Below, one piece after another: positions 45,059 through 54,590 of a stretch of 64,000 nucleotides of DNA (position 1 is its first letter; the number at the start of each line of letters is the position of its first letter). The notes beneath the pieces are model-generated. The model was given only the letters and a program-made list of their open reading frames with translations, made no database searches and had not been told where the DNA came from. The stretch lies in NCBI GenBank assembly GCA_050261575.1, contig JBLNDL010000058.1, positions 1 to 64,000 of the forward strand, given 5' to 3'. The position numbers and the translations under genes are program-made. Source of the DNA: Sphingomonadaceae bacterium. GTDB lineage: Bacteria > Chloroflexota > UBA6077.

Positions 45059-47620
45059 CTACGCCCAGAGGATCAGCCCGGTCTCGTAGGGGTTGCTCAG
45101 GTCCTCGTTTCTCGGCAGCACGCGCAGCGCGTAGCCGCGCACCCCGCTGGCCGAGCACGGGATCGCGCCGCTGTAGCCGTACGTGCCGTCCCCGTTCCGC
45201 TCCACGCAGATCATTCCGATCGGCACGCCATCCCTGATCTCCAGGTTCGAGTCCACGGATCCGTGGTACAGCTCCACCGTCACGTCCTCCGGGCGGATCT
45301 CGCCGAGCCGCACGTCGGCTCGCACCTCCACCAGCGACCCCACCTGCACTTCGCTCGGCACCTCGGCCTCCACCCGCAGCACCTGCACGCCAGACCAGCG
45401 ATCGCGCGTCTCCCTCTTCCAGCGCGCCAACGCCCTGGCGCGCGCCATCCCGTCGGCTATCAGCCCTCTGCTGCGCTCCGAGGAGGGTAGATACATTTCC
45501 TGCAGGTACTGCATCACCATCCGGTTGGTGTTGAACACGGGGCACAGCCGCTTGAAGTTGTTCTTCATCCGGGCTATCCAGCCCCTCGGCAGCCCGTCGG
45601 AGCCCCGGCTGTAGAAGAGCGGCACCACCTCCTGCTCCAGCAGGTTGTAGATGGCGTTCGACTCCACCTCGTCCTGGTACTCCTCGTCCTGGTACTCCTC
45701 GCCGCGGCCGATGGACCAGCCGAGGCTCGGATCGTACGCCTCGCACCACCACCCGTCCTGCACGCTCATGTTGAGCCCGCCGTTGAAGGCCACTTTCATC
45801 CCGCTGGTGCCGCTCGCCTCCAGGGGTCTCCTCGGCGTGGTGAGCCAGAGATCCGCACCCCGCACCAGGTAGCGGGCGACCACCATGTCGTAGTCCTCCA
45901 GGAAGACGATCTGGCGGCGGAACTCCTCCTGGCGAGCGAAGTGCACCACCTGCCGGATCAGCTCCTTGCCGGGGATGTCGTTGGGATGAGCCTTCCCGGA
46001 GATGACGATCTGCACCGGACGCTCCCGGTTGCTCAGGATCGCACGCAGCCTCTCTGGATGGCGGAACAGCAGGTTGGCCCGCTTGTAGGTCGCGAATCTG
46101 CGGCTGAAGCCTATCGTCAGCGCCTCGGGGTTGAGCACCTCCCTGGCCCTCTCGATCTCCGCCGAAGGTGCCCCGCGCCGCTCCAACTGCCACACCAGCC
46201 GCTGCCGAGCGAAGCTCACCAGCCTCTCACGGCACCGCTCGTGCGCACGCCACAGCTCCTCGCCCGGGATCTTCTCCACGCCCTCCCACACGGCCGGATC
46301 CGTGGGCTCCTCCTTCCACCGCGGCCCCAGGTACCGGTCGAACAGAGAGCCCACGTCTCGCCCGGAGACCCAGGTGGTAGGATGGACGCCGTTGGTGATG
46401 GAGGAGATCGGCACCTCGTCCTCCGGCACCCCGGGCCACACCCCCTGCCACATCTTTCGCGACACCTCGCCGTGGAGCCGGCTCACCCCGTTCGCCTTGG
46501 CGGAGAGCCGCAGCGCGGCTATCGCCATGGAGAAGGGCTCCTGATCGTTGCCCGGATCCTGCCGGCCCAGCGCCATGAACTCCCGATGGGTGAGACCCAT
46601 CGACCGGTAGTAGCCGCCGAAGTAGCGCTCGATCATGTCGGAGCCGAACATGTCGATGCCGGCCGGCACCGGCGTGTGCGTGGTGAAGACGATCCCAGCC
46701 ACCGCCGCCTCACGCGCCTCCTCGAAGCTCACCCCCTGGGAAACCATCAGGTTCCTGATCCGCTCGAAGGCCAGGAAGGCCGAGTGGCCCTCGTTCATGT
46801 GACAGATGGTCGGGTTGATGCCCAGTGCGGCCAGCGCCCGAATCCCCCCGATCCCCAGCAGGATCTCCTGCCGGATCCGCATGTCGATGTCGCCGCCGTA
46901 CAGGCGGTCCGTCACGTCGCGGTCCTCCGGCCGGTTGCCAGCGATGTTGGTGTCCAGCAGATAGAGCGGGACCCTGCCCACCTGCGCCCTCCACACCTGG
47001 GCCCGAACCATCCTGCCCGGATACTCCACCTGGATGACCACCGGCGTCCCGTCGCTCTTCCGTTCGATGCAGAGGGGCATCGTGAAGAAGTCGTTGTCGG
47101 GGTAGAGTTCCCCCTGCCAGCCGTCGGCGTTCAGGTACTGGCGGAAGTAGCCTTCCTGGTAGAGCAGCCCTACACCCGTGAGCGGAACGCCCAGATCGCT
47201 GGCGGACTTCAGGTGGTCCCCGGCCAGCACCCCCAAACCCCCGGAGTAGTTGGGCAGCGACTCGGAGATGCCAAACTCCATGGAGAAGTAGGCCACCGAG
47301 AACTCCTCAGCCCCACCCTGGTTCCGGCGGAACCAGGTCTTCTTGGAGTTCATGTACTCGTCGAACAGGTCCGCGACCCGCCCCAGGTGGGAAAGGAAGC
47401 TATCGTCGTTGGCCGCTTCCTGCAGCGTCTCCTGGCGCAGCATGCCCAGCATGCGCACCGGATTGTGGCCGCTGGCTTCCCATACGTTTAGGTCCAACCG
47501 GCGGAAGAGTTCGAGGGTCTCGTAATCCCAGGACCACCGGAGGTTGTAGGCCAGTTCCCGCAATCGCTCCAAGCGCGGTGGCAAGGAGGGGATCACGGTA
47601 AATGTGCGGATGGGCCTCAT
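45059..47620 (-). CDS. glgP: Alpha-glucan (glycogen/starch) phosphorylase
   Basis: YFSMEFG, YSGGLGVLAGD, HMNEGH, FTTHTP, RRFATYKR, EASGTSGMK. Confidence 0.97.
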   Translation of the reverse strand: MRPIRTFTVIPSLPPRLERLRELAYNLRWSWDYETLELFRRLDLNVWEASGHNPVRMLGMLRQETLQEAANDDSFLSHLGRVADLFDEYMNSKKTWFRRNQGGAEEFSVAYFSMEFGISESLPNYSGGLGVLAGDHLKSASDLGVPLTGVGLLYQEGYFRQYLNADGWQGELYPDNDFFTMPLCIERKSDGTPVVIQVEYPGRMVRAQVWRAQVGRVPLYLLDTNIAGNRPEDRDVTDRLYGGDIDMRIRQEILLGIGGIRALAALGINPTICHMNEGHSAFLAFERIRNLMVSQGVSFEEAREAAVAGIVFTTHTPVPAGIDMFGSDMIERYFGGYYRSMGLTHREFMALGRQDPGNDQEPFSMAIAALRLSAKANGVSRLHGEVSRKMWQGVWPGVPEDEVPISSITNGVHPTTWVSGRDVGSLFDRYLGPRWKEEPTDPAVWEGVEKIPGEELWRAHERCRERLVSFARQRLVWQLERRGAPSAEIERAREVLNPEALTIGFSRRFATYKRANLLFRHPERLRAILSNRERPVQIVISGKAHPNDIPGKELIRQVVHFARQEEFRRQIVFLEDYDMVVARYLVRGADLWLTTPRRPLEASGTSGMKVAFNGGLNMSVQDGWWCEAYDPSLGWSIGRGEEYQDEEYQDEVESNAIYNLLEQEVVPLFYSRGSDGLPRGWIARMKNNFKRLCPVFNTNRMVMQYLQEMYLPSSERSRGLIADGMARARALARWKRETRDRWSGVQVLRVEAEVPSEVQVGSLVEVRADVRLGEIRPEDVTVELYHGSVDSNLEIRDGVPIGMICVERNGDGTYGYSGAIPCSASGVRGYALRVLPRNEDLSNPYETGLILWA

Positions 47621-47673
47621 TACTCGTCTCTATCTCCTTTCTCGTGGAGAATCGACTTACACTCGCTCGTACC

Positions 47674-47725
47674 ATTCTATCAGACCCCCTCGATGAGGAC
47701 ACCGGAACCCCACCGCTGGTACAAT
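47674..47725. promoter_or_regulatory. Back-to-back extended -10 elements for glgP (-) and the orphan gene (+)
   Basis: TGaTAGAAT on minus (47674-47682); TGgTACAAT on plus (47717-47725). Confidence 0.45.
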
Positions 47726-47756
47726 TACAGCGACCAGTTGATGTCGGAGTGATTTC

Positions 47757-48920
47757 ATGAAGAGCATTCCTCCCCAGTTCCGGGAGCTTCGCCGGGAACG
47801 GCTGGTGGGTAACTGGGGAGGCGCGAGCGAGCAGATAGGCCGCAGGTGGGAGGAGCTGGGAGTGGAGGCGCTACGCGCCCGAATCTCCTCGACCGCCCCC
47901 TGGCCAGGGAACGGATACCGCCCGACGGACATCGTGGAGCTGGCTGGCGACAACTCGCTCCAGCTTGCCCTATCTCGCTCGGGCCTTCCCAGCCCGGACG
48001 TGATCGTGATCCTGCAGGACGAGAAGAGGGGGAGGGCCCTCCAGGCCCTGGACTTCAAGTGGAACCTGGAGTTCGCCTCCTACGTCCAGATCAGGGCCGA
48101 GGCGGTCCGCGCGCTGCTCGAGCGAGAGGTCGCGCCCCTGCGGGCCCTGCTGGACCGGCATCTGGCGGACGAGGATCCCCGCGACCTCCCCATCGAGGAC
48201 GGCCTGCTCTACGCGCCCAGGCTGCCCGTCAACTCCTGGTTCCTCCAGTCGGACCAGAACTACCACCAGGAGTACCCCATCGAAGCGGACCAGGTGCTGT
48301 TCGAGAACGTGGATCCACTCCTGTTCTTTGGCCAGCTTTCGGGATGGGAACTGGCAGTCCTACTGGCCCGGGCGGACCGATCCCCGCAGAGGCTTCGCAA
48401 CCTGGAAGGTGCGGAGCACTACTACCGCATCGGCGCCGGACTCCAGAGCGCCGTGGCACAGTTCCAGGTGTCCATCTTCTGCCGCCGTCCCCCGACGGTC
48501 ACGGCCGACGCCGCCTTCGACTGGCTCAAGACCCACGTGAGGCCGGCCTCCTCCGCGGGATTCCTTCAGTTCGCCGAGAGGCTCATGGCCGCCAGGAGCC
48601 AGCTCACGACCCGACTGCGCGGCCTCCTGAGGTCCCCCTATCGGTTCTCCGATCTGGTGGAGTCGTTGAAGGTCCGGAATCTGCATCTGCCGGAAAAGGA
48701 GGATGGCCTTCCTGCGGCGGAGCGGCAGAGATGGGGAGACATCCTGCGGAAGGTTGCCGCGGAGCACAAGGAGCTGGTCTATCGCACCGGCCTCAGGCTG
48801 GTCGAAGTCGGGCTCTCAGATGCCGAGGCGCTGGCGAGACTCGAAGGTGACTCCCGCCGGTTCGCGTCTCAGGCTCGAGCGCGCGCGGAGAAGCTGATTG
48901 CGGCAGCGCTCCAGCCCTAG
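47757..48920 (+). CDS. Hypothetical protein with putative PD-(D/E)xK nuclease-like motif
   Basis: 387-aa ORF with normal codon usage, GGAG RBS and its own -10; G28-x-x-W-E32...P80-D81...D99-F-K101. Confidence 0.75.
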   Translation: MKSIPPQFRELRRERLVGNWGGASEQIGRRWEELGVEALRARISSTAPWPGNGYRPTDIVELAGDNSLQLALSRSGLPSPDVIVILQDEKRGRALQALDFKWNLEFASYVQIRAEAVRALLEREVAPLRALLDRHLADEDPRDLPIEDGLLYAPRLPVNSWFLQSDQNYHQEYPIEADQVLFENVDPLLFFGQLSGWELAVLLARADRSPQRLRNLEGAEHYYRIGAGLQSAVAQFQVSIFCRRPPTVTADAAFDWLKTHVRPASSAGFLQFAERLMAARSQLTTRLRGLLRSPYRFSDLVESLKVRNLHLPEKEDGLPAAERQRWGDILRKVAAEHKELVYRTGLRLVEVGLSDAEALARLEGDSRRFASQARARAEKLIAAALQP

Positions 48921-49032
48921 TGGTCCGCCAACCCGGTTCGATAAGTATGGACGAGGCTCGCGGCGCGCAGGCGGGCGCAGCGTCACGCGGTTCCGACTCG
49001 GCGGCGAGTCTCTCTTGCTTGAGGGCTGGACA

Positions 49033-50277
49033 ATGGCGATAGCACGTAGACGACGAGGTTCTGCGATAGCCGACGATGGCCCGGCGCCGAAGATCGCTCT
49101 GCTGCGAGGAGGAGGTCTCGGCGACTTCCTGTCGACGACGGCGGCCCTGAAGGCCCTCCGCGCCTCGCTTCCCCTCGCCTCGATCACCCTCCTGACGAAT
49201 CCGTCCCTCGCGGCCTTTGCCCAACGCTACGGCGAGATCGATCGCATCGTGGTCTCCCCGCCCTTCCCCGGGGTCATCGATGGCACTCCGGACGAGGCAG
49301 CGCTGGCCGACTTCTTCCGCGCCATGAGATTGGAGCGCTTCGACCTAGCCATGCAGTGGCACGGTGGAGGCACGCAGTCCAACGACTTCTTGAGGCGACT
49401 GGGGGCACGCCTCACGATCGGATTCAAGGGCGAAGACGCTCAGCCCCTGGATCGATGGATCCCCTACGACCTCCGCCAGCACGAGAGCCTCAGGTACCTC
49501 GACCTGCTCCGGTTGGTGGGCATCCATGCCAGTGACTTCTCCACCTACCTGCCCTTGCTGCCCTCCGACTTCGAGGAGCTCGCCGCCGTGGGTGACCGGC
49601 TCGACCTCCAGGCGTTGCAGCGCGGCAGATGCATGGGCATCCACGCCAGCGCCGGAGGCATGAGCCGCAGGTGGAAGCCGCAACACTTCGCCCATGTGGC
49701 CGACAGACTCCTGGCAGAGTTCGACCTGGAGTACGTCGTCGTTACGGCCGGCGCTGGCCAGGAACCGGACTCGGCCGCCGTGATACAGTCCATGCAGGCC
49801 AGGGACAGGGCGGTCGACCTGGGTGGACGAATCTCGTTGGGGGCGCTCGTGGCCCTGATCAGCCAGTTGAGGTTCTTCCTGAGCAACGACAGTGGCCCCG
49901 CCCACATGGCCGTAGCCCTGGATACCCCCAGCGTAGTGGTGTTCGGCTCCGCCCATCCCTCGAACTGGGCGCCCCTGGATCGCACCTGGCATCGGGTCGT
50001 GGCCAATTGGTCGACCCCCTGCCGCTGGATGGAAAACGACGGGTGCCCGGACACCCCTGAGGTGCCCTGCCTGATGGGCCTTGATCCAGAAGAGGTCCTC
50101 CGGGAATCGCGCCAGTTGCTGAGCCTGCTGGAGCAGCTTCGGTGGCCTGCGCATCGCGGGATTGGCCTGGAAGCTGCAGTGAAGGCCGGAGGCGAAGAGA
50201 CGGCCCCAGCCGCGGCACCTTCACTACCGCCCCCTGGCCTCCATCACGGCAGGGGCCGACACAACCGGGAGCTATGA
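49033..50277 (+). CDS. Glycosyltransferase family 9 (heptosyltransferase-like)
   Basis: GGLGDFL, FDLAMQWHGGG, SNDSGPAHMAVAL..P.V.VFG. Start approximate. Confidence 0.88.
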   Translation: MAIARRRRGSAIADDGPAPKIALLRGGGLGDFLSTTAALKALRASLPLASITLLTNPSLAAFAQRYGEIDRIVVSPPFPGVIDGTPDEAALADFFRAMRLERFDLAMQWHGGGTQSNDFLRRLGARLTIGFKGEDAQPLDRWIPYDLRQHESLRYLDLLRLVGIHASDFSTYLPLLPSDFEELAAVGDRLDLQALQRGRCMGIHASAGGMSRRWKPQHFAHVADRLLAEFDLEYVVVTAGAGQEPDSAAVIQSMQARDRAVDLGGRISLGALVALISQLRFFLSNDSGPAHMAVALDTPSVVVFGSAHPSNWAPLDRTWHRVVANWSTPCRWMENDGCPDTPEVPCLMGLDPEEVLRESRQLLSLLEQLRWPAHRGIGLEAAVKAGGEETAPAAAPSLPPPGLHHGRGRHNREL

Positions 50278-53000
50278 AAGTGAGCGAGACGGCCAGGCGC
50301 ACTATCCTCGGCAACGGGCTGACGGTCATCACCAAGGAGATCCGGCAGATCCCCATAACCAGCTTCTGGGTATGGTATCGCGTGGGCAGCCGCAACGAGG
50401 TTGCGGGCACCACGGGCATCTCCCACTGGGTGGAGCACATGATGTTCCAAGGCACGCCCACCATCGGCAAGGGCGACATCTTCCGAATGGTCTCGGCCAA
50501 CGGCGGCGTGCTCAACGGCTTCACCTGGCTGGACTACACGGCATACTTCGAGACCCTGCCCAGCCACCGCGTGGAGTTGGCCATCAGCATCGAGTCCGAC
50601 CGCATGATCAACTCGCTGTTCCTCCCTGAGGAGGTGGAGCGCGAGCGAACGGTGATCATCTCCGAGCGAGAGGGGTCTGAGAACTCACCGACCTACCTTC
50701 TTGGGGAGGAGATGAGCGCCACCGCCTTCATGGCCCACCCCTACGGCCACAGCGTCATAGGCTGGAAGTCCGACCTGCAATCCATGACCCGCGACGACCT
50801 GTACCGCCACTACCGCACCTATTACGTGCCCAACAACGCCATCGTCGTCGCTGTGGGGGACTTCGACACCGACCGGCTGCTGGATCAGATCAGAGAGGGG
50901 TTCGAGCCCATCCCTCAGGGCGATCCCGTCCCAGCCGTGCGCACCACGGAGCCGCCCCAGCGGAGCGAGCGCCGGGTCACCATGCGCTACCCGGCCGGAG
51001 CCCCCCAGTTCGAGGTCGCCTTTCACTCCCCGCCCGTGTCCAGCCCCGATGCCTTCCCCATGCTGGTGCTGGACGCCGTCCTCTCGGGCGGCAAGCCGAT
51101 GGGGCTGTTCGGCGCCAGGGGGGCCCGCATGGGCCGCAGCTCCCGGCTCTACCGGGCGCTGGTCGACGCGGGGCTCGCCAGCGGCGCTGGCTCCTCCTTT
51201 GCCCTGACCAGAGACCCCTACCTCTTCGGCATCGACGCCACCCCGCGGCCCGGCATCTCCCTGGAGGAGATCGAGAGGGCAGTGTTCCAGGAGGTGGAGA
51301 AGCTCCAGCGCCTCGGCGTCGGCCAGGATGAGTTCGACCGCGCGCTCAAGCAGGTGAAGGCCCAGCTCGTCTATGGCTCCGAGTCGGTAACCGACCAGGG
51401 CTACTGGTTGGGCGCCATGGAGGCCATCGACAGCTACGAGACCTACGGCCAGTTGCTGGAGAGAGTCACCAGGGTGACACCCGACGACGTGAAGCGAGTG
51501 GCGGAGCAGTACCTCACGGAGACCAACCGCACCGTGGGATGGCTGATCCCGACCGCCCCGGGCGGAGCGGCACCCTCCGAGCAGCAGGCACAGACCGCGG
51601 GAAGGGCTTTCTTCTACGACCAGTCATGGCTCGTGAGCCCTGATGAATCCCGGGTTCTGGGCGACGACTGCTCAGGGCCCAGGAGCGATGGCTCAGGACC
51701 CATCTCTCAGCACCGCGCAGGTGCCGCTCCCGGTGGGGTGGCACTGCAAATCGCCCGCGAGCAACTGGACAACGGCATCGTGGTGTTGGCCAGCCACAAC
51801 CCCAGCATTCCCCAGGTGATCGTGCGGGCGAGCCTGCTGGCCGGCAGCGTCTTCGACACCCCGGACAAGGCCGGCATCGCCCGATTCACCGCTCCCATGC
51901 TGGTGCGAGGCACCGAGACCCGCTCCTTCCAGCAGCTCAGCGAGGAGACCGACGGCCTAGGCATGGCGCTCAACGTGGAGGCCGGTAGGATAACCGCCCA
52001 ACTGAGCCTCCGCTGCCTGAAGGAGGACTTCCAGCGCGGACTGGAGCTGCTGGCCGATGCGCTGCGTCGGCCTACCTTCTCCGAGGACGAGGTGGAGAAG
52101 CTGCGCTCGCAAATCATCACCGCCCTCCGCGAGCAGGAGGTCAGCGCCAGGGTGGCGGCCGAGCGCCACTTCCTGGAGGAGCTGTACCCCGAGGGCCATC
52201 CCTACCGCCTCTGGCCTTCGGGCAGCCAGGACACGGTGGGCTCCATTCGCCGCGAGGATCTGCTGAACCACTATCGCCGCTACTACCGGCCGGACACCCT
52301 CACCATCGCGGTGGTCGGCGACGTCGCCCCATCGGAGGCCACGGAGCAGATCCGGCGCGTGCTGGGCGACTGGCGAGCCCAGGGGGAGCGCCCACGGGTG
52401 GAGGTGCCTCCGGTGGAGCCCCCATCCCGAAGAATCAGAGAGGAAGTGGTCCCAGGCAAGTTCCAGTCGGAGCTGGTGATGGGATTGCCGTCCATCTCCC
52501 GCCAGGATCCGGACTACTACGCCCTCCGCCTGGGCAACCTGATACTGGGCGAGTTGGGCCTCTCGGGGCGGCTGGGGGCGGTCATCCGCGACAAGTACGG
52601 GCTGGCCTACCACGTCTCCAGCGACCTCCAGGCCGGCGTCGGCCCATCCCCTTGGGCCGTTCGAGCGGGGGTCAACCCTGCCAACGTTGGCAGGGCGATC
52701 GACGCGGCGATCCAGCAGATCGAGCGCTGGCGAACCGAACTGGTGACGGAGGCGGAGATCACCGACGGGAAGAGCTTCCTGATCGGCAGCCTCCCGATCG
52801 CCCTGGAGACCGGCGACGGCGTCGCCCGGACGCTACTGGACATCGAGTTCTACCAGTTGGGGCTGGACTACCTGCAACGCTATCCTCGACTGATCGACGG
52901 GGTGACGCGAGAGGCCATCCGCGACGCCGTCCGCCGCTGGATACACCCGGAGCATCTCGTCACGGTCGTGGCGGGGCCGGCGCGAGATCGCACCCCGTAG
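50274..53000 (+). CDS. M16 family zinc peptidase (single-chain, two halves)
   Basis: GSRNE..G.TGISHWVEHMMF (HxxEH), NGFT..D.T.Y, ERTVIISE; the second half lacks HxxEH; ATGA overlap with GT9. Confidence 0.92.
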   Translation: MKVSETARRTILGNGLTVITKEIRQIPITSFWVWYRVGSRNEVAGTTGISHWVEHMMFQGTPTIGKGDIFRMVSANGGVLNGFTWLDYTAYFETLPSHRVELAISIESDRMINSLFLPEEVERERTVIISEREGSENSPTYLLGEEMSATAFMAHPYGHSVIGWKSDLQSMTRDDLYRHYRTYYVPNNAIVVAVGDFDTDRLLDQIREGFEPIPQGDPVPAVRTTEPPQRSERRVTMRYPAGAPQFEVAFHSPPVSSPDAFPMLVLDAVLSGGKPMGLFGARGARMGRSSRLYRALVDAGLASGAGSSFALTRDPYLFGIDATPRPGISLEEIERAVFQEVEKLQRLGVGQDEFDRALKQVKAQLVYGSESVTDQGYWLGAMEAIDSYETYGQLLERVTRVTPDDVKRVAEQYLTETNRTVGWLIPTAPGGAAPSEQQAQTAGRAFFYDQSWLVSPDESRVLGDDCSGPRSDGSGPISQHRAGAAPGGVALQIAREQLDNGIVVLASHNPSIPQVIVRASLLAGSVFDTPDKAGIARFTAPMLVRGTETRSFQQLSEETDGLGMALNVEAGRITAQLSLRCLKEDFQRGLELLADALRRPTFSEDEVEKLRSQIITALREQEVSARVAAERHFLEELYPEGHPYRLWPSGSQDTVGSIRREDLLNHYRRYYRPDTLTIAVVGDVAPSEATEQIRRVLGDWRAQGERPRVEVPPVEPPSRRIREEVVPGKFQSELVMGLPSISRQDPDYYALRLGNLILGELGLSGRLGAVIRDKYGLAYHVSSDLQAGVGPSPWAVRAGVNPANVGRAIDAAIQQIERWRTELVTEAEITDGKSFLIGSLPIALETGDGVARTLLDIEFYQLGLDYLQRYPRLIDGVTREAIRDAVRRWIHPEHLVTVVAGPARDRTP

Positions 53001-53012
53001 CACTGAGACGGC

Positions 53013-53102
53013 GTAGGGCGGGGGCGAGCCCCCCCGCCCGGGCAGGCCGGCAGACCACTTGCCCATACGTCGGGACCCAGGGCGGGCCTCCGGAGCCCCG
53101 CG
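53013..53102. repeat. REP doublet-like element
   Basis: GTAGGGCGGGGG..CCCCCGCCC ... GGGCGG...CCGCCCCCAC. Confidence 0.5.
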
Positions 53103-53190
53103 CCGCCCCCACTCCCCGATTGCAGCAGAGCACCCCCCCTATCGGTTATAATTGTGCCCGCAGCGCCCCCCCAGCGGGGCACCATGCGGA

Positions 53191-53234
53191 ATTAACCTTT
53201 CATTAACACAATTCCTATACCCATGTGATATAGT
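53191..53234 (+). promoter_or_regulatory. Candidate activator-dependent promoter for the NEW3/ABC operon
   Basis: ATTAAC direct repeats with 11-bp period (53191, 53202) over the -35 zone; TGaTATAGT at 53226-53234; AT-rich island. Confidence 0.45.
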
Positions 53235-53404
53235 TCCAACGCGATTCTGATGGGATTCCGATAGAAACTACTGCAGCCAAGTACTAGTCTGCGGCTTCAG
53301 CCTTTCTTACACAGCTTTTCTTAGCAGCTCTAGGCGCCTTCGTCGCGGCGCCAGGCATAATAGGGGTCCGATTCTCCCGGATGCACAACATGGAGGTGAT
53401 TGTA

Positions 53405-54586
53405 GTGAAGAGGATCGTGTCCAAGCTGTTGCTTGCGCCGTTGGCCGCCATGGTGGCGCTCTCCGTGAGCGCGGCGGGTCCAGCGGCGGTTGCGACGGCG
53501 CAGGTGCCCGAGGTCTACCTGTCGACCCCCGTTCCCGGTGTCGTCGTGGACCGGGGCAAGCAGGTGACCTTCAGCATCGACGTCAACAACAAGAGCAGCG
53601 TGGGCAGGACCGTCGACCTCGCGCTGACCAAGGCCCCCGATGGCTGGGACCCCATCCTCAAGGGTAGGGGCTTCGTGGCGCGCTCCGTCTGGGTAGACGC
53701 GGGCAAGACCGAGACGGTGGACCTGCAGGTCAAAGCCCCCGCTGATGCCAAGGCACAGGACTACGAGTTCGTGCTCAGGGCCACCGGTGGCGGAGTCGAC
53801 AGCACCCTCAGGCTGCTCGTAGGCGTCAAGGACAAGCCCACCCAGGGAACCTCCCTGGTCGTCCAATACCCCACCCTCAAGGGCAAGTCCGGAGCCAAGT
53901 TCGGGTTCAAGGCCGACCTCCGCAACGACTCCGAGGAGGAGCGCAGCTACGGCCTCAGCTTCAACGCCCCAGAGGGCTGGGACGTCAGCTTCAAGCCCTC
54001 CTACGAGGATAAGCAGATCTCCAGCGTGCGACTGAAGTCCGGTAGCAGCCAAGGCCTCGACATCGAGGTCACGCCCCCCGCGCTGGTCCAGGCGGGCGAG
54101 TACCCCATCACCATCACCGCTTCCTCCTCGGCCGATCGCGCAAGCGCGGAGTTGAAGGTCGGGGTCACCGGCAGCTACGAGATGGCGATGACTACCCGCG
54201 GCGACCTCTTCAACACCCAGGCCACGGCGGGCCAGGAGAGCCCCTTCTACGTGACCATCACCAACGTGGGCTCCGCCCCGCTGCAGAACGTGAGCCTCTC
54301 CTCCAGCAAGCCGGAGGGGTGGACCGTCACCTTCAAGCCCGACAAGATCGATCAGCTCGATCCCGGCGCGCAGCGCGAGGTCACCATGCTGATCAAACCC
54401 TCCGCCAAGGCGATCGCCGGTGACTACATGCTGAACGTCTCGGCCACCCATCCGCAGGTCAACCAGAAAAAGGACGTGCGAGTCACGGTCGAGACCCCCA
54501 CCCTTTGGGGATGGATGGGTATCGGCATCCTGCTGGTGGTGGTCGGCGGGTTGATGGGCCTGTTCATGAAGCTGGGCCGGAGATAG
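53405..54586 (+). CDS. Secreted, C-terminally anchored NEW3 (NPCBM-associated) domain protein
   Basis: Signal peptide, three ~100-aa beta-sandwich repeats with P.GW.V.F, C-terminal TM plus GRR; GGAGGTG RBS. Confidence 0.85.
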   Translation: MKRIVSKLLLAPLAAMVALSVSAAGPAAVATAQVPEVYLSTPVPGVVVDRGKQVTFSIDVNNKSSVGRTVDLALTKAPDGWDPILKGRGFVARSVWVDAGKTETVDLQVKAPADAKAQDYEFVLRATGGGVDSTLRLLVGVKDKPTQGTSLVVQYPTLKGKSGAKFGFKADLRNDSEEERSYGLSFNAPEGWDVSFKPSYEDKQISSVRLKSGSSQGLDIEVTPPALVQAGEYPITITASSSADRASAELKVGVTGSYEMAMTTRGDLFNTQATAGQESPFYVTITNVGSAPLQNVSLSSSKPEGWTVTFKPDKIDQLDPGAQREVTMLIKPSAKAIAGDYMLNVSATHPQVNQKKDVRVTVETPTLWGWMGIGILLVVVGGLMGLFMKLGRR

Positions 54587-54590
54587 CCCC

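Noticed and set aside
45667..45701. 15-bp tandem repeat in glgP
   Set aside because: Encodes the ordinary EEYQDEEYQD segment; only two units; not a CRISPR or VNTR.
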